From Octopus bimaculoides (Eukaryota), in contig NC_068989.1 of NCBI RefSeq assembly GCF_001194135.2, positions 37,785,555 to 37,822,089 of the forward strand: a stretch of 36,535 bases of DNA. Direction: 5' to 3'. The notes beneath the pieces are model-generated. The model did no database searches. It was given only the letters and a program-made list of their open reading frames with translations, and had not been told where the DNA came from. Below, piece by piece: positions 10,145 through 22,034 of the stretch. How positions within the stretch are numbered: the stretch's first letter is position 1; each line of letters starts with the position of its first letter. A program made the translations under genes and the position numbers.

Positions 10145-11095
10145 ACAAGAGCACTCAGAGGGCGCAAACCTCTGCCAAGGCAACACCAATGCCCTCTCAA
10201 TGATTGGCCAGAAATGGTTTTTAAAATGAGAATATCTGAAATAAACTCAACTGCACCTCACAAATGAGGATATTAAAAATGAACCCAACCACTCGCAAAA
10301 ATTAAGTAAAAAAAAAAAAACGGAAAAATAATCCAGAATCCTTGTCTGGTACCTGATCGATCCCAATGGTAGTCATGAAATGTGAAGGTGGCTGTAGAAA
10401 ATTTAGTAACAGTAATAAATAGGTTATCCTTATCTAATACAAGCCAAAGTTAACAAATTCACCATTCAAAATAGTTTCAGAGGTGGAGGTAATAATAATA
10501 AGTTCTAGTCATGAATTTTTAAATGAATAGCATGAGACCTTTTGGTTTTCTCTTCTCTTAAATTCCGGCCTTCCTTTAGTATTCCTGTTGTTTTAGATCA
10601 ATGTTAGATGTATGTATATATATGTAAGTATACTGTAAAGTGTTAATGTAGATGTATAATTTATAATATATATATTATAAAAATATGTTAGTGTTATTTA
10701 ATTTCTGAATGGTTTTGCTGCTGTTTGTTTATGTAGTTTGATTTCTTTATCCATCTGTTTCAGCTAAGATAGAGATGCAAGTAAAATTGATAACAGAGAA
10801 ACAAAAAATGAAACTTTGGAAACAACATAAAGATAGATAATTGAGAAATATTTGAAAGTCAATGTAAAATCGTAATCATGTAAAGTAAATATATCAAATA
10901 ATTCAGAATCCTTGTCCAGTACCAGATCGATCCCAAAATCTAATCAGTTTGTGCCAGTCATGAGGCCAAACATTCCTGAAAGTTTCATCCAAATCCATCC
11001 AGTGGTTCTTGAGATATCTTGTCCATGGACAAACAAACAAACCAACAAACACAACTGAAAACAATACCTCTGCCTTCGCTAAGGTGAAGGTAAAA
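10145..11095 (+). mobile_element. Putative non-autonomous Helentron/HINE-type element, interrupted by a ~530-bp segment
   Basis: 5' ACAAGAGCACTCAGAGGGCGCAAACCTCTGCCAAGG. 3' imperfect hairpin ACCTCTGCCTT-CGCT-AAGGTGAAGGT (11066-11091) that shares ACCTCTGCC with the 5' end. Internal 40-bp duplication at 10327-10366 and 10897-10936. The class assignment is inferred. Confidence 0.45.
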
Positions 11096-11104
11096 ATAAT
11101 AATA

Positions 11105-11740
11105 ATAATTCTTTCTGTTATAGGCTCAAGGCCTGAAATTTTGGGGGAGGGGTACAGTCGATTACATCGACCTCAGTGCATAACTGGTACTTATTTCATT
11201 GACCCTGAAAGGATGAAAGGCAAAGTTGACCTTGGTAGAATTTGAACTCAGAACATAGCAATAGGTGAAATACCTCTAAGCATTTATTCCAGCATACTAA
11301 TGATTTTGCCAGCTTGTCTTAATAATAATAATAATAATAATAATAATCTCTTCTACTATAGGCACAAGACTTGAGATTTTGGGGGAAGGGATAAGTTGAT
11401 TACATTGACCCCAGAGCATAACTGGTACTTATTTCATTGACCCTGAAAGGATGAAAGGCAAAGTCAACCTCAGCAGAATTTGAACTCAGAATGTAAGAAC
11501 AGACGAAATATTGCTGAGCATTTTGTTTGGTGTGCTAATGATTCTGCCAGAATCCTATCTACTATAGGCACAGGGCCTGAAATTTTGTGGGAGGGGACTA
11601 GTCGATTACATCAACCTTAATGTTTCATTGGTACTTGATTTATCAACTCCAAAAGGATGAAAGGCAAAGCCGGCATTAGTGGAATTTGAACTCATAACCT
11701 AAAGACATACAAAACACCACTAAGCATTTTACCTGCTTCA
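11105..11740 (-). mobile_element. Three consecutive family A SINEs (~11105-11320, 11347-11552, 11553-11740)
   Basis: Each carries CTGGTACTT or TTGGTACTT, AAAGGATGAAAGGCAAAG and GAATTTGAACTC. An (AAT)n tract separates the first two copies and others flank the group. Confidence 0.88.
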
Positions 11741-11790
11741 CTAATAATAATAACAATAATAATACTAATAATGATAATAATAATATTTTT

Positions 11791-12056
11791 GCTCAACATC
11801 CTTAAACAAACCTTATTCAGTGACCTTTTGAGCAGTATGGGCTACTCAACCTGAAGAAAATTCTAACTGGGCTTCACCTACGAGGTCATGCACTGTTTAT
11901 CTTGATATGAGATCACCATGTCGCACACATATAGTTGTGATGCATGTGCCGGGTGTACCCTTATCAGGCGGGTAGTCATGATGTGTATAATGGGCTTTGT
12001 ATATTTTACCCCAGTGTCACTTTGATTGCATGCACTGCTCTCTCAATAATAATAAT
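11791..12056 (+). mobile_element. 5'-truncated family B retroposon
   Basis: Matches the reverse complement of ~7100-7370 and ends in CTCTCAATAATAATAAT. Confidence 0.85.
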
Positions 12057-12062
12057 TACAAC

Positions 12063-12330
12063 TGTTTCTAATTTAGGCACAAGTTCTGCAGTTTTGAGGA
12101 GAGAGGTTAGTTTATTCTGTCAATCTCAGTGCTTGACTGGTGCTGTATTTTATTGATCTCAGAAGGATGGAAGATGAAGTCATCTTTGGCAAGATAGTTC
12201 TTGACATTGACTAAAGACAACATATTTTGGGGAAGAGGATGCAATTCATCAAATAGACTCTGGTACCTATGTTATAAACCCTCAAGAATAGAGGAAAACA
12301 AATTGAGGTTTGAACTCAACCTGTAAAGAT
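12063..12330 (-). mobile_element. Two older, partial family A SINE copies
   Basis: AGGCACAAG...ACTGGTGCT...AGGATGGAAG and TTTTGGGGAAG...CTGGTACC...TTTGAACTC. Confidence 0.55.
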
Positions 12331-13844
12331 ATTCAACTAAATAATATAAGTTGCTTCATATATTATACTATTATTTTAGGTTACTGTATCTTGTGTTATA
12401 TAATAATAATTATAATACAATAATAAGTGAAATGAATCTTTGTAAGAGGAACATCAAGAAATAATGGTGAAGGCTGGTTTTAGAAGCATGTACCTCACAT
12501 AGATGACAATAATGGACTAACATAACTAGTGCAGAGATACTTTGATAGAGCAGATCTGTTCAGTTTCTATGTTAGCATGGAAAGAAAACGGATGTAAAAT
12601 AACAATGGTAATGATAACCATGATGGTGATGGTGTTGATGGTGATGATAGTAGTGAATAATGATGATGATGGGGGATGATGATGATGATGGTGATGAGGA
12701 GGAGGAGGGTTATGATGATGGTTTTCATGGTGATGATAATGGTGAATAGTGACTTTTACATTTTTTAATATTGATTCTCAACATAACAACAACAATAATA
12801 GCACTAATGATAATGTTGACAATAATACAAACTTAAAAATCTAAGATAAAGATTCCAGCAAGGTCAATAACAACAACAAAAATTATATAAAATCTAAGAT
12901 AAACATCTAAATATCTATTGGGAAAAATAGTAAAAAACTAAAAAATAAAACTAAGAGATAATGAGAGAGAAAGAAAGAGAGAGAGAGATGAGTGAGAAGG
13001 ACAGAGTCTGTATGTGCATGAGAGAGTGTGCAAAAGAAAACGAGTGTGCCTGTGTTTATATATGTAGTGTAAGAGAGATAGAGAAAGAATGTGTTGGTGA
13101 AAGGGAGAAAAAAAATGTCTGTGTATGAGAGCAAGACAAAGAGATAAATAGGGAAAGAGAGAATAAAAGATATTAAAACTGCATCTCCAAACTGAACCCT
13201 GTGCTTTAGAGACACTTTAAATTGACAGAATAGGGTGGTGAGATTTAGTGGTGTGTGAATAGGAGGGGAGAGAGAAGGGCGCACAGGGGTCAAATCAATA
13301 TTGAGATGTATAAGATATTCTCTACTAAACTTGTTGGTAAATGGTGACAATGGGGGAGCCACCTTTTGCTGCTTGTTTCTTGGTGGTTGGTTAGTTGTTT
13401 GTTTGTTTATTGTTGTTGTTGTTGGTAGTGGTGGTGGTGGTAATGAGGGTGGTGTTGTCTCTGTGGTTGGTTTGGTTTCTTTATTTTAAATGGAGATCAC
13501 TTGTGAAAAAAGACAGAAATAAACAAATAAATATCATCACAAGAATTTAAAACATAAAAAGTAAAAAAAAAAACAGAAATAAAAATAAAAATAACCTCCG
13601 ATTTATTGGCTTGGAAATTTATGGGCGGAAAATTTCATTATCTACTGACGACAAAGTAATTGCTTTTCCTCTTTGCTCTGGCTTTTCTTTTTCTTTTTCT
13701 TTTTTCCCCAGACAACTTCTATTTAAAGTGTTTAAAGCTATCAGGGGTGGGGGTGTATTTTGTGTTTTTTTTTTTATTATTGTTTAAGTATAGTAAAAGA
13801 TGTGGTGAGCACCATGATATGATGATAAGATCTTCCAGCTGTGC

Positions 13845-14070
13845 TCATATAAAAATATTATTTGGACAAAATGCCATGTGGTGGCTTTTAGTTACAACTC
13901 CTTCATATCGAGTTCAAGTCCTGCAGTTCATGTCCTGGGGTTGGTATTATTCTTCATCATTTCAGAGTCAATTAAATAAAACTTGTCAAATACTAAGGGG
14001 TCAATTTGATTGACATATACTCTCCCTCAAAATTTGTGAGCTTGTGCCAATAATGGAAACAATTATTATT
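13845..14070 (+). mobile_element. Diverged family A SINE
   Basis: CAAAATGC, GAGTTCAAGTCC (B-box) and CAAAATTTGTGAGCTTGTGCCAATAATGGAAAC followed by an (ATT)n tail. Confidence 0.65.
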
Positions 14071-15434
14071 TTTATTATTCATAGCTTGAAAAATACTTCA
14101 GGAATTTCTTGTCTTAGAACAAGGAGTAATACGTCTTGTAAAATATGCAGAAATGTGTTCAAGGTGAACAAAATTGTTCAAGATAGTCAAATTTTGTGAG
14201 ATAATACTCTTCCAATGTTTGCAGATGATATTTTCTAGAACATGCCTACATCTAGCTTCACAAGTAATTGTCTTTGCTGAAGCAATTGTGTAGAAATTCA
14301 GTTAAAGAGATGGGCATGGTTTAAAAATTGTAGTACTCAGTTTAATGTTTTATATTTCTAAGTTCAAATTGTACTTGATTCAAATTTCCCTGTTTCCTTC
14401 TAGGGTTGATAAAATACATATTGGTTAAGTAATGATGTTAATTGAATTGCTTACACTATTCCCCATCAAAAACCTTTAAATTTTTATGTAATCTTATTCC
14501 AATAATAGAAACTATTTTTTGCCTTAATTCTCCTTGAAAACTGCTGGCCTTGTGCCAAAATTTGAATCTTTTATTATTAAGTGCCATAGAGTAGAGGAAA
14601 ACCTTTGTCAGGAGTGTCCATAAACAGTTTTCAATTTTTGATTTCAGATATGTCACTTCTTTCACATTATCATTTTTCTCTCTCTGTAAATCAGTTTTTG
14701 CCTTATGAAAGTTAGAACAGTACCATTATTTCATTTTGGGAACTTTTAATTGTCATTATTTGTTGACATAGATCCTTACTAGTTTTCCTGGCTTCTACTG
14801 TCTAACTCCTTACGATCATCAACTCTTTATCGTACTCTTAGTTTTAATGTGTCCAGACATTTTCAGTAAACATAAGCACACAATTCTGGTTCTGACATTC
14901 TGTTTGTAACTCGATATTTTGTAATCTAAAGCCTTGAAAAAAGTGTGTGATACCAGAATATTCCTTTTACCCCCATAACTTTGAGGTGTGAAGTGTATAA
15001 AAGAAATCATGAACAGTTATTGTCATAAATTGTAGAGAAATTCATCAAATCCATCAAATCAGCTGAGTAACTCTGATTCAAAATATCAAAACAAATATTT
15101 CTCTTGCTTTTGAGAAAAGCCTCAAAGGCAAAATTTCTTAGTGATAACTAGCATGAGAGTAAATTTATATTTTGTGTTGGATCTCAATAAATTATAATTA
15201 TGCTCTAAAATGCAGTTAAACTGGTGTATACTTTTTGCATTTGCTTGGATTTGGATTAACTACTCTGCCCTACCTTTGAACACAACCTGGACAAAAACTC
15301 TCCACTCCATAGAATGGGCAACCATGGAAACAATATTTGTTTCAACTATTTATTCATTACTCATACAATTGTTTTTTCACAATCTATTCTCTAGGCATAT
15401 AGATTTAGTTAGTGAATAACATTGATAAGTTATC

Positions 15435-15690
15435 AGATTTGTACTTCATTATTAATGCGCACTAACATTACACTTTCAGCATAGTATGCTCACTCCATTC
15501 TTTTCCAGCTTTTACACATCCTCCACATTTAGTACCCATATTTTGCTGCCATGCAGCATTACACTTTAAACATGAGCACCACAAAATTTACCCTTTGCTG
15601 CAACAGATTTAGCTATGGAACTAGGTCAGTGGCTTTTAAAAGTTGCCACAAACTGTCTATTGTGACTTAGAGAATTGCATTGAAAAGTAG
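15435..15690 (-). mobile_element. RTE LINE post-RT fragment, decayed
   Basis: Minus-strand KGKFCGAHV*SVMLHGSKIWVLNVEDV*KLEKNGVSILC*KCNVS resembles RTE KG.LY.ACV.S.MLHGSETW...RLERNE.SMLRW.CNVS. Confidence 0.75.
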
Positions 15691-15730
15691 AGAATTAAGA
15701 ACTAAGGTCCAATGCCTCTGTAGCTGCTTC

Positions 15731-15787
15731 TTTTCCTGGAGCAGCTCCTTTTCCTGGAGCAGCTCCTTTTCCTGGAGCAGCTCCTTT
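15731..15787. repeat. Perfect 18-bp tandem repeat x3 (TTTTCCTGGAGCAGCTCC)
   Basis: Three identical units read directly. Confidence 0.95.
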
Positions 15788-15796
15788 GCAATTGTA

Positions 15797-17062
15797 TCAG
15801 GTCATCCCATAAGTTCTGTCCGAATTTTGAATAAAGAAAACAATGATCAAATGTTATATTTAATTGAAATTTAATCATCAGTATACTTTCCCTGATTACC
15901 TATGACTTCCTTCCATTTACTTAAAAGCTTTTTAATCCCATCAATGTAAAACACTTTTGGTTTCAAAGTGAAGAACTCTGAAATGTCAGTTTAGACCTCC
16001 TCCTGGCTTGCAAAAGTTATGTCCTCAAAATGATTCTGTAAACTACAAAACAAATGGTCGTCTGAAGGAGCAAGGTTGGGAGAATAAGGTGGATGAGGAA
16101 TTTTATCCCAACCAAGCTCTTTGATCTTCTGTGATGTGATCTCTGCAGTGTGGGGTTGTGCATTGTCCTGATGAAACATCACTCCTTTTTGATTCACTAA
16201 AGCGGGTCTTTTTTTCTTCAATGCTTGGTTCAAACGCTCTAATTGCTGACAGTAGACATGAGCATTGATTGTTGCATTAAGTGGTAACAATTCAAAGTAA
16301 ATTACTACTTTGCATTCCCACCAGATAAAGAGAAGAACCTTTTTCCTATGAAGTTCCATTCTCGGTTGTGGTTGAGCTTTTTCCCTTTTACCAAGCCACT
16401 GTTTATGTTGTTTAACATTTCGAATAGATGCAGTTTTCGTCACCAATCACAAGTTTATCCAAAAAGGGTGAAATGAGTTCACGGGAATGGAGAGAAGAGC
16501 AGATGTCAACTTGGGATTTGCAGTTGCTTTCGGACAATTCATGAGGCACCCATTTTCCAAGTTTAGGAACCTTTCCAAATTGTTGAAGATGACGATGATC
16601 AGTTGTATGGTTTTAACTAAGCTTTATTGCCAATTCTCCGACTGATAATGCAGGATTTCCTTCAAGTAATGCCTCAAGGAGCTTATCATCAAGCTCAACT
16701 GGACGTCCTGTTTGATCTTCATCTTCAAGGCTGAAATCTCCACTTCTGAATTTTGCAAACCATCTTCTGCAAGTTCTTTCATTCAAGCATTCTTTCCAAT
16801 AAACTGAGTGCATGTTTCAAGTCACTTGAGCTGCAGAGTTTCCATTTTTGTACTCATAAAGCATTATGTGCCTTAAATCTTAGAAAGGGTTTTAATCAAA
16901 GAAATTTAAATTCTATTATTCTGTAAAATAATATTTAATTTGTTTAAATGTATACAAATGCATAAAAATGATTTTTAATTCCATAAGACATTCTAAAATA
17001 CTATTAAAATTCATTCAATTTTAAAAACGGTAAAATCGGACAGAACTTATGAGATGACCTGG
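15797..17062 (-). mobile_element. Full-length mariner (DD34D) transposon, defective
   Basis: 27-bp TIRs TCAGGTCATCCCATAAGTTCTGTCCGA (15797-15823) and 17036-17062 with 2 mismatches. TA flanks at 15795-15796 and 17063-17064. Length 1266 bp. Confidence 0.95.
15871..16885 (-). pseudogene. Mariner transposase pseudogene
   Basis: RRWFAKFRSGDFSLEDE, WVPHEL (~16533-16553), GDE, HQDNA-x-YSPNLAPSDDHLF with 34 residues between the 2nd and 3rd Asp, and terminal GIKKLLSKWKEVIGNQGKY. Broken by stops and frameshifts. Confidence 0.93.
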
Positions 17063-17079
17063 TAGCAATTGATAATAAG

Positions 17080-18130
17080 ACTGTTATGCCAGTTATGAGG
17101 TTTATTTCCCTATTCTTTACTACCTGATTGACTATGCAAGTAACTGACATTGTCTTACTTTACTGAACATATTTGGCATCTCAGTGGTTGTAGCTGATGG
17201 GCTAGCTGCTTTCCTTACACTCATATTGTACTTTTAAGCTGTATAACTATCAACAATAGTGTCTACTTGTAGATTCTCTTTCTATCATGTATTTACATGT
17301 TTCTTTCTTCTTGACATCAATGAAGACAAGTCCCTCTGCTATCATTCCATATACATTTTACCACAACATTGTACTAATTCACACTAACACACAGCTTGGT
17401 AAACTAGCATACTCACACTTCTGATCCTTTTGTCATAGCACATTGACCCTTACTTCTCACATCCTTCCAATCTTTCTTTCCATGCTCATTTGTGTCTCAA
17501 AATTCTCCTAATTTCTTGTATCCATAGATCCCATAATATAATCAAGTAGCTAGCATGTAGTGCCCAATATGTCTACTAAATTCATTAGACATGATAATGA
17601 GGTCGATGTCTTTTGATATTGAGTTCATCTGCAAGAAGTTTTCATAGAAACTGTCTTCAGATTTACTTGTTAGTTCTGATTGTGATGCATATGCAAAGAT
17701 AACTTGCTGTTTGTGTTTAATTGTCATATACTCTGACTCAGTTACTTTATCTACTTCTCTGGTAACAATATGATATGCCTATTTCACTCAACCCAACATA
17801 GCTAAAAAGACAAAAATTTACATCTGTGACTATTACCATTGATGAATCTGGCTGAGTATTTCCTTTATATTGTCTCTTGTACCAAACACATTTTCTTGCG
17901 TCTACTCTAGCTCCTTCAAAACCTCTCCAGACCTACTTTCAACTGTATCAACTTTGATGGTAGCAGCTTTGAAGTTTTGTATTTGATAGGAGGAGGGCTA
18001 GTTTCTAATGAGTTGTTTGTGGTATTTGTGAGCATCAACATTTGGTCACAACTCTGTTGGTTGGATACTTTTCCTATCACCAGCTACAGTACAGATTGGG
18101 TGCAGTTTCCTGCTCCCACTACTAGAAGGT
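17080..18130 (-). mobile_element. RTE LINE 5' region with decayed AP-endonuclease domain
   Basis: ORF 17542-17727 VIFAYASQSELTSKSEDSFYE...IIMSNEFSRHIG resembles APE SAYAPQ...KD.FY...GDFNGHVG. Boundaries are approximate. Confidence 0.65.
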
Positions 18131-18795
18131 TGTCAGCCAAGATTAAAGTATTCCCTCTATATCATGTCAGATTTTATTTGGAGTTGCTGCTCACCTAAAT
18201 TGCTTTCCTTCTCAACAACTTGTGCAGTCTATGTCTCCTTCTACAGAATTTTTATGCAGAGTTACTGCTTTATTTGTCAGTTTAAAGTGTTTGTCTTCCC
18301 CTGGTAGAATTTCATTCAGAGTTACTCTACTCCTTTCTTAACTACTTTCATCATGGAACTCTTGTGTATATAGGATTACTAAAAATGCTCATAATGTGAT
18401 GGAAAGATAGGAAAGATGGCCTTTAAAAAGAAAGGGTGTGGGTTTGTAGTATACTGATGGATTTGTTTAAATAGGTTACTTGGAGTAGAAGGGAAAGCTT
18501 ATAGATAGGAGATTGCAGGTTGGGTTATATGGAGTAATGGCAATTTATTATACTTGTCATAATAGGAGTGGAAATGTGTTTGTCTATAAATGTTGGGTTG
18601 TCCATGAGTGTTGCGCATAAAGGCTTCTTCTGCTATGTGTGAGGGTAGGTGATGTCTTACAGGATCTGTTGGGAGTATATCTTGATAAGCTTGAAGGAAA
18701 TTGGTGTCCTTATACCTCTGTAGAACAGTCATTGAAATAGCATTTGAACTTGTGAACTACTGCACCATGTTGGTGCTTGGCCAATCTTTCTTTTA

Positions 18796-19320
18796 GACAT
18801 ATTTGCATATTTTGTCATCTCATATATTTCAATTGTTAGAAACAATAATTATTTAATTAATTAAATAACACAAAAAATAATTAATGTCTTAGTAGAGCTC
18901 CTCAGTTTCTGTTCCCATGTTGTTTAACAGCAAATAGTCGTTGAAGTAATATATAAATTTATGTGCTATAAATTCATGTGTCAATATCTCATTTAATCTT
19001 CATTTCAGACAAAATTTGCATTTTTCACTATCTTGATTTTGCATATATTGTTTGAAATAATTATTAATTAATTAAGAAAATAATAACGAAAATAACTAAT
19101 ATTTTAGCTGAGCTCTTCAGTTTCTATCTCTGTGTCGCCAAAACGCAAGCAATCATTGAATTAATATATGAACTTATAAACTATGAATACATTTTCTAAT
19201 GCTAAAAAGTTATTGAAGTAACATATGAACTTATGAACTATAAACATGCATCGTTATCTCAGATAAAATTTCTTTCAAGCACTATTTTCATAGTTCATTG
19301 TCTTAGTTTTGCATACATTC
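18796..19320. repeat. Diverged tandem repeat of ~210-250-bp AT-rich units (2 plus a partial)
   Basis: Recurring AGAC(A/T)..ATTT, ATAATTATT(T)AATTAATTAA and GAGCTC(C/T)TCAGTTTCT blocks, starting near 18796, 19007 and 19261. Confidence 0.55.
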
Positions 19321-19339
19321 CAATTCATAGAAATGACAT

Positions 19340-19560
19340 ACATCATTGTCATCGCCATCATATTAACATCCACTTTTCCATATTCATATGAGTCAGATGG
19401 GACTGGTTGAGGCAGATTTTCTATGAATATTGGTGTCCTTCCTGTCACCAACCCTCACCTGTTTCCAAGTAAGATATTATTTTCCCAAGTCAAACATGTT
19501 TTTATAAAAGATTAGAAACGAAAGACACTGCTTGTATGCTGGTAACACTCATTTACATTT
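19340..19560 (-). mobile_element. 3' part of a SINE with an RTE-like tail (GGAAAAGTGGATGTTAA-(TGA)n)
   Basis: The same tail occurs on + at ~29420-29555 (GCATGGAAAAGTGGATGTTCAGATGATG) and, more diverged, at ~26065-26245 and ~12560-12620. Confidence 0.65.
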
Positions 19561-19715
19561 ATTAAGTAATGTCAAGACATGGTGTCACTAACACACGCAT
19601 ATACATACGTACACAAACATACATACACACGTATATACATATATACATACATACACACATACATACAACACACACACAAACATAAATACATAAATATGTA
19701 TAATATGTGTGTTTA

Positions 19716-19756
<41 letters not shown>

Positions 19757-19804
19757 GTATATACACATGTGTATATATGTGTGTATATATATAAACATAT
19801 ATCT

Positions 19805-21840
19805 GTCCTACTAAATCTGACTCTGGAAAAATTAGTAAAACAATTATAGATAGAATATTACCCTGAGTCGAGGATAAAGGAGAGCTTCCCCTTTGAAATT
19901 CTACTGGTGATATTATCTCATGGTTTCATTACCTCAATGACAAACATCATATTTGATATATCTGATTACTATGCATCAGTATCACCCATCCTATTGGGCG
20001 AATATGCAAACATTTCTGCATTTGATATAGACCTAATTTTGGCAGTTAGAAAAACTCGCATCAACTTTAATCATAATAATTGGACACATCTTCAAACTTT
20101 TTTGATATAACAATGGGCTCATCTGACTCAATCCAAGTAACAAACCTTGTGGGCTTATTTCGTCTCTTGCAAATAAAGTGATATTTTCCCACATATTTTC
20201 TGGTGGTCTCTATAGAGACGATGCACTTTATGCAACTAAAAATTTATTTTGTCTGGAGATTGAACACACTAAGAGATATTTGATAACATTCTTTAAAAGT
20301 CATAGTTTAAATATTGTATTTGAAATGGATAACAATGTAGCCAACTTCTTGGATGTCATACTTAACCTTAATACTAATCTTCACTATCTATATAGGAAAC
20401 CCAACCAAACCCTTCAGTACTTAAATATTCTCTCTAATCATCCTAGATCAACCCTCAATAGCATAGTAACAGCCGTTTCTATTAGAATTTCAAACGTATC
20501 TGCCAATGAGGAGATATTCAACACTCGTGCTCCATATTATAACAAAGCTCTAAAATTAAGTGGCTTCAAAGATAAAATACTTTATATCCCTGATACAAAA
20601 CTCAAAATTAAAATTGCCAATCTCTTCACGAGAACTAGTTCACAATCTAATACTATAGCTTCCTCTTTAAATAAACTAATTAAATATATATATATATACA
20701 TTTATAGATAACGCCAAATAAATAAATTCTCATTTTGGAATTACCATAAGTATAAATCGTATAACTCCGACTAACTTAATGAAACCAAATATTCAAAATC
20801 TAAGAAATGGGAAATTATATGGTTTGCCTCACTCTTCTGTTTTCAGGTTAGATCAATCCCAAAACATCATAAATACTATCCTATCTTCAAAAAATCGTCT
20901 GTGAAACCTTCGTATTCCACTACACCAGATTTAGGATAGATTATAGCCTCCATTAATAGATCCAAACTTAAACTAAAGAAGTCTACTAAAATCCTTGTAT
21001 TGCACCCCATAACTCAAAAACCCATACTAGTTCTTATAAAAATGATAGTCAGGCCATCCCCATACCAACTGAGGGTGCTCTGACCTTAGTTAAACGGAAT
21101 ATTAATTCTCATACAAGAAGAAAAGTATGTAATTGTCGCATTCTGGACTCCTGCCCACTTGCTGGATCCTATCTGCACAGAAATTTAGTTTATAAGTGCT
21201 GTGTAGAGATATCTTCCACACAGAGGGTAGGGATTTACATAGGAAGTTCTATTGATTTTAAGTGTCGCTATAGGGCTCATTTGAATTCTTTTTATAACTT
21301 AAAATATAAATTCACACCAACGCTAGCCACATATATACACGACCTTAAGCTAACGAATATACAATATTCATTATCTTGGTCTATAAGAGTATAAGCCCCT
21401 CCGTACAATACAATTACGTGTATATGTAAACTATGTATTAAAGAATCTATAAATATTCTCCGTCGATATAACTGTACATTACTAAATAAGTTCATGGATG
21501 CTATGTACTCTTGTAACCATAGATACCCTTCAACATTTAAACATCTTGATCAATCTGGATAGATTGATCATTAAACTCTATAATTAGCTACATTCCACCT
21601 AACATTTATACTCGGACCCCACCTCACCTTCCTCTTAATGAATAATTACTTGCTTCTGATCTACCATATTTTCTAAATTTATTTCCCACAATTCTTGCTA
21701 TATTTCCTCTTCCTGCTAACACGTTATAGATCTTTATAAAACCAAACACCTATTTACTCATTATGACAGTGAATCCTTAACTAATACATTCTCCTTGACG
21801 AAGGAGGCCGTGTCCAAAATTTGGATAGAAATATCCTTTA
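19805..21840 (+). mobile_element. 5'-truncated Penelope-like element of the Naiad type (RT plus C-terminal GIY-YIG), pseudogenised
   Basis: PTKSDSGKISKTIIDRI, FDITMGSSDS.QVTNLVGL, GGLYRDDAL, NFLDVILNL, YRKPN...YLNILSNHP, then CNCRILDSCPLAGSYL-x-LVYKC-x-IYIGSS-x-FKCRYRAHLNSF-x-CKLCIKE and terminal LNK...CNH (21128-21560). Clade assigned from recalled motifs. Confidence 0.88.
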
Positions 21841-21933
21841 TTTGTATGGGTTAGGGTTAGGGAAACGACCGTCGGAGTATCACCACTTGATTCTTGAAAT
21901 TGGAGTACCTCCATCTAATCATTGGAAACTTAC

Positions 21934-22034
21934 CTTCCATCTGGATGCTTAAACATTTCTTTGTTCATCTTGCGAGGATTTACACATTTATTTTTCAATA
22001 TTTTAAAACATATCTTTTCAACAACGCTCTTAAT
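21934..22034 (-). other. Candidate 101-bp internal exon (host or TE), unverified
   Basis: Acceptor TCGTCCTACTTACAG|, donor AAG|GTAAGT, and an open phase-0 frame IKSVVEKICFKILKNKCVNPRKMNKEMFKHPDG. No recognised homology. Confidence 0.3.

Noticed and set aside
13590-13640. CCAAT (ATTGG) and GC-box (GGGCGG) motifs
   Set aside because: Short motifs expected by chance, with no CpG island or downstream exon.
14095-14300. ~67-codon stop-free minus frame (…CRHVLENIICKHWKS…) with a possible acceptor
   Set aside because: No good donor and no recognisable domain.
14456-14665. ORF containing FKFWHKASSF that resembles a winged-helix 'FxHxSxQE' motif
   Set aside because: Those codons are the antisense of a family A SINE tail (TGCTGGCCTTGTGCCAAAATTTGAA at ~14542-14566).
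14819-15360. Possible NACHT NTPase remnant (FDGFDEF Walker-B-like motif near 15030-15055, - strand)
   Set aside because: No recognisable Walker A. The frame has six stops in ~115 codons, about what AT-rich noise gives, and the motif arises from a short GATTTGATG tandem.
18499-18732. 77-aa minus-strand ORF possibly from a PLE 3' region
   Set aside because: I could not identify any diagnostic motif, so it is left unannotated.
21128-21560. Selenoprotein-type Naiad (in-frame UGA plus SECIS)
   Set aside because: No in-frame TGA in the endonuclease region; the only stop is TAA, and I saw no convincing SECIS.
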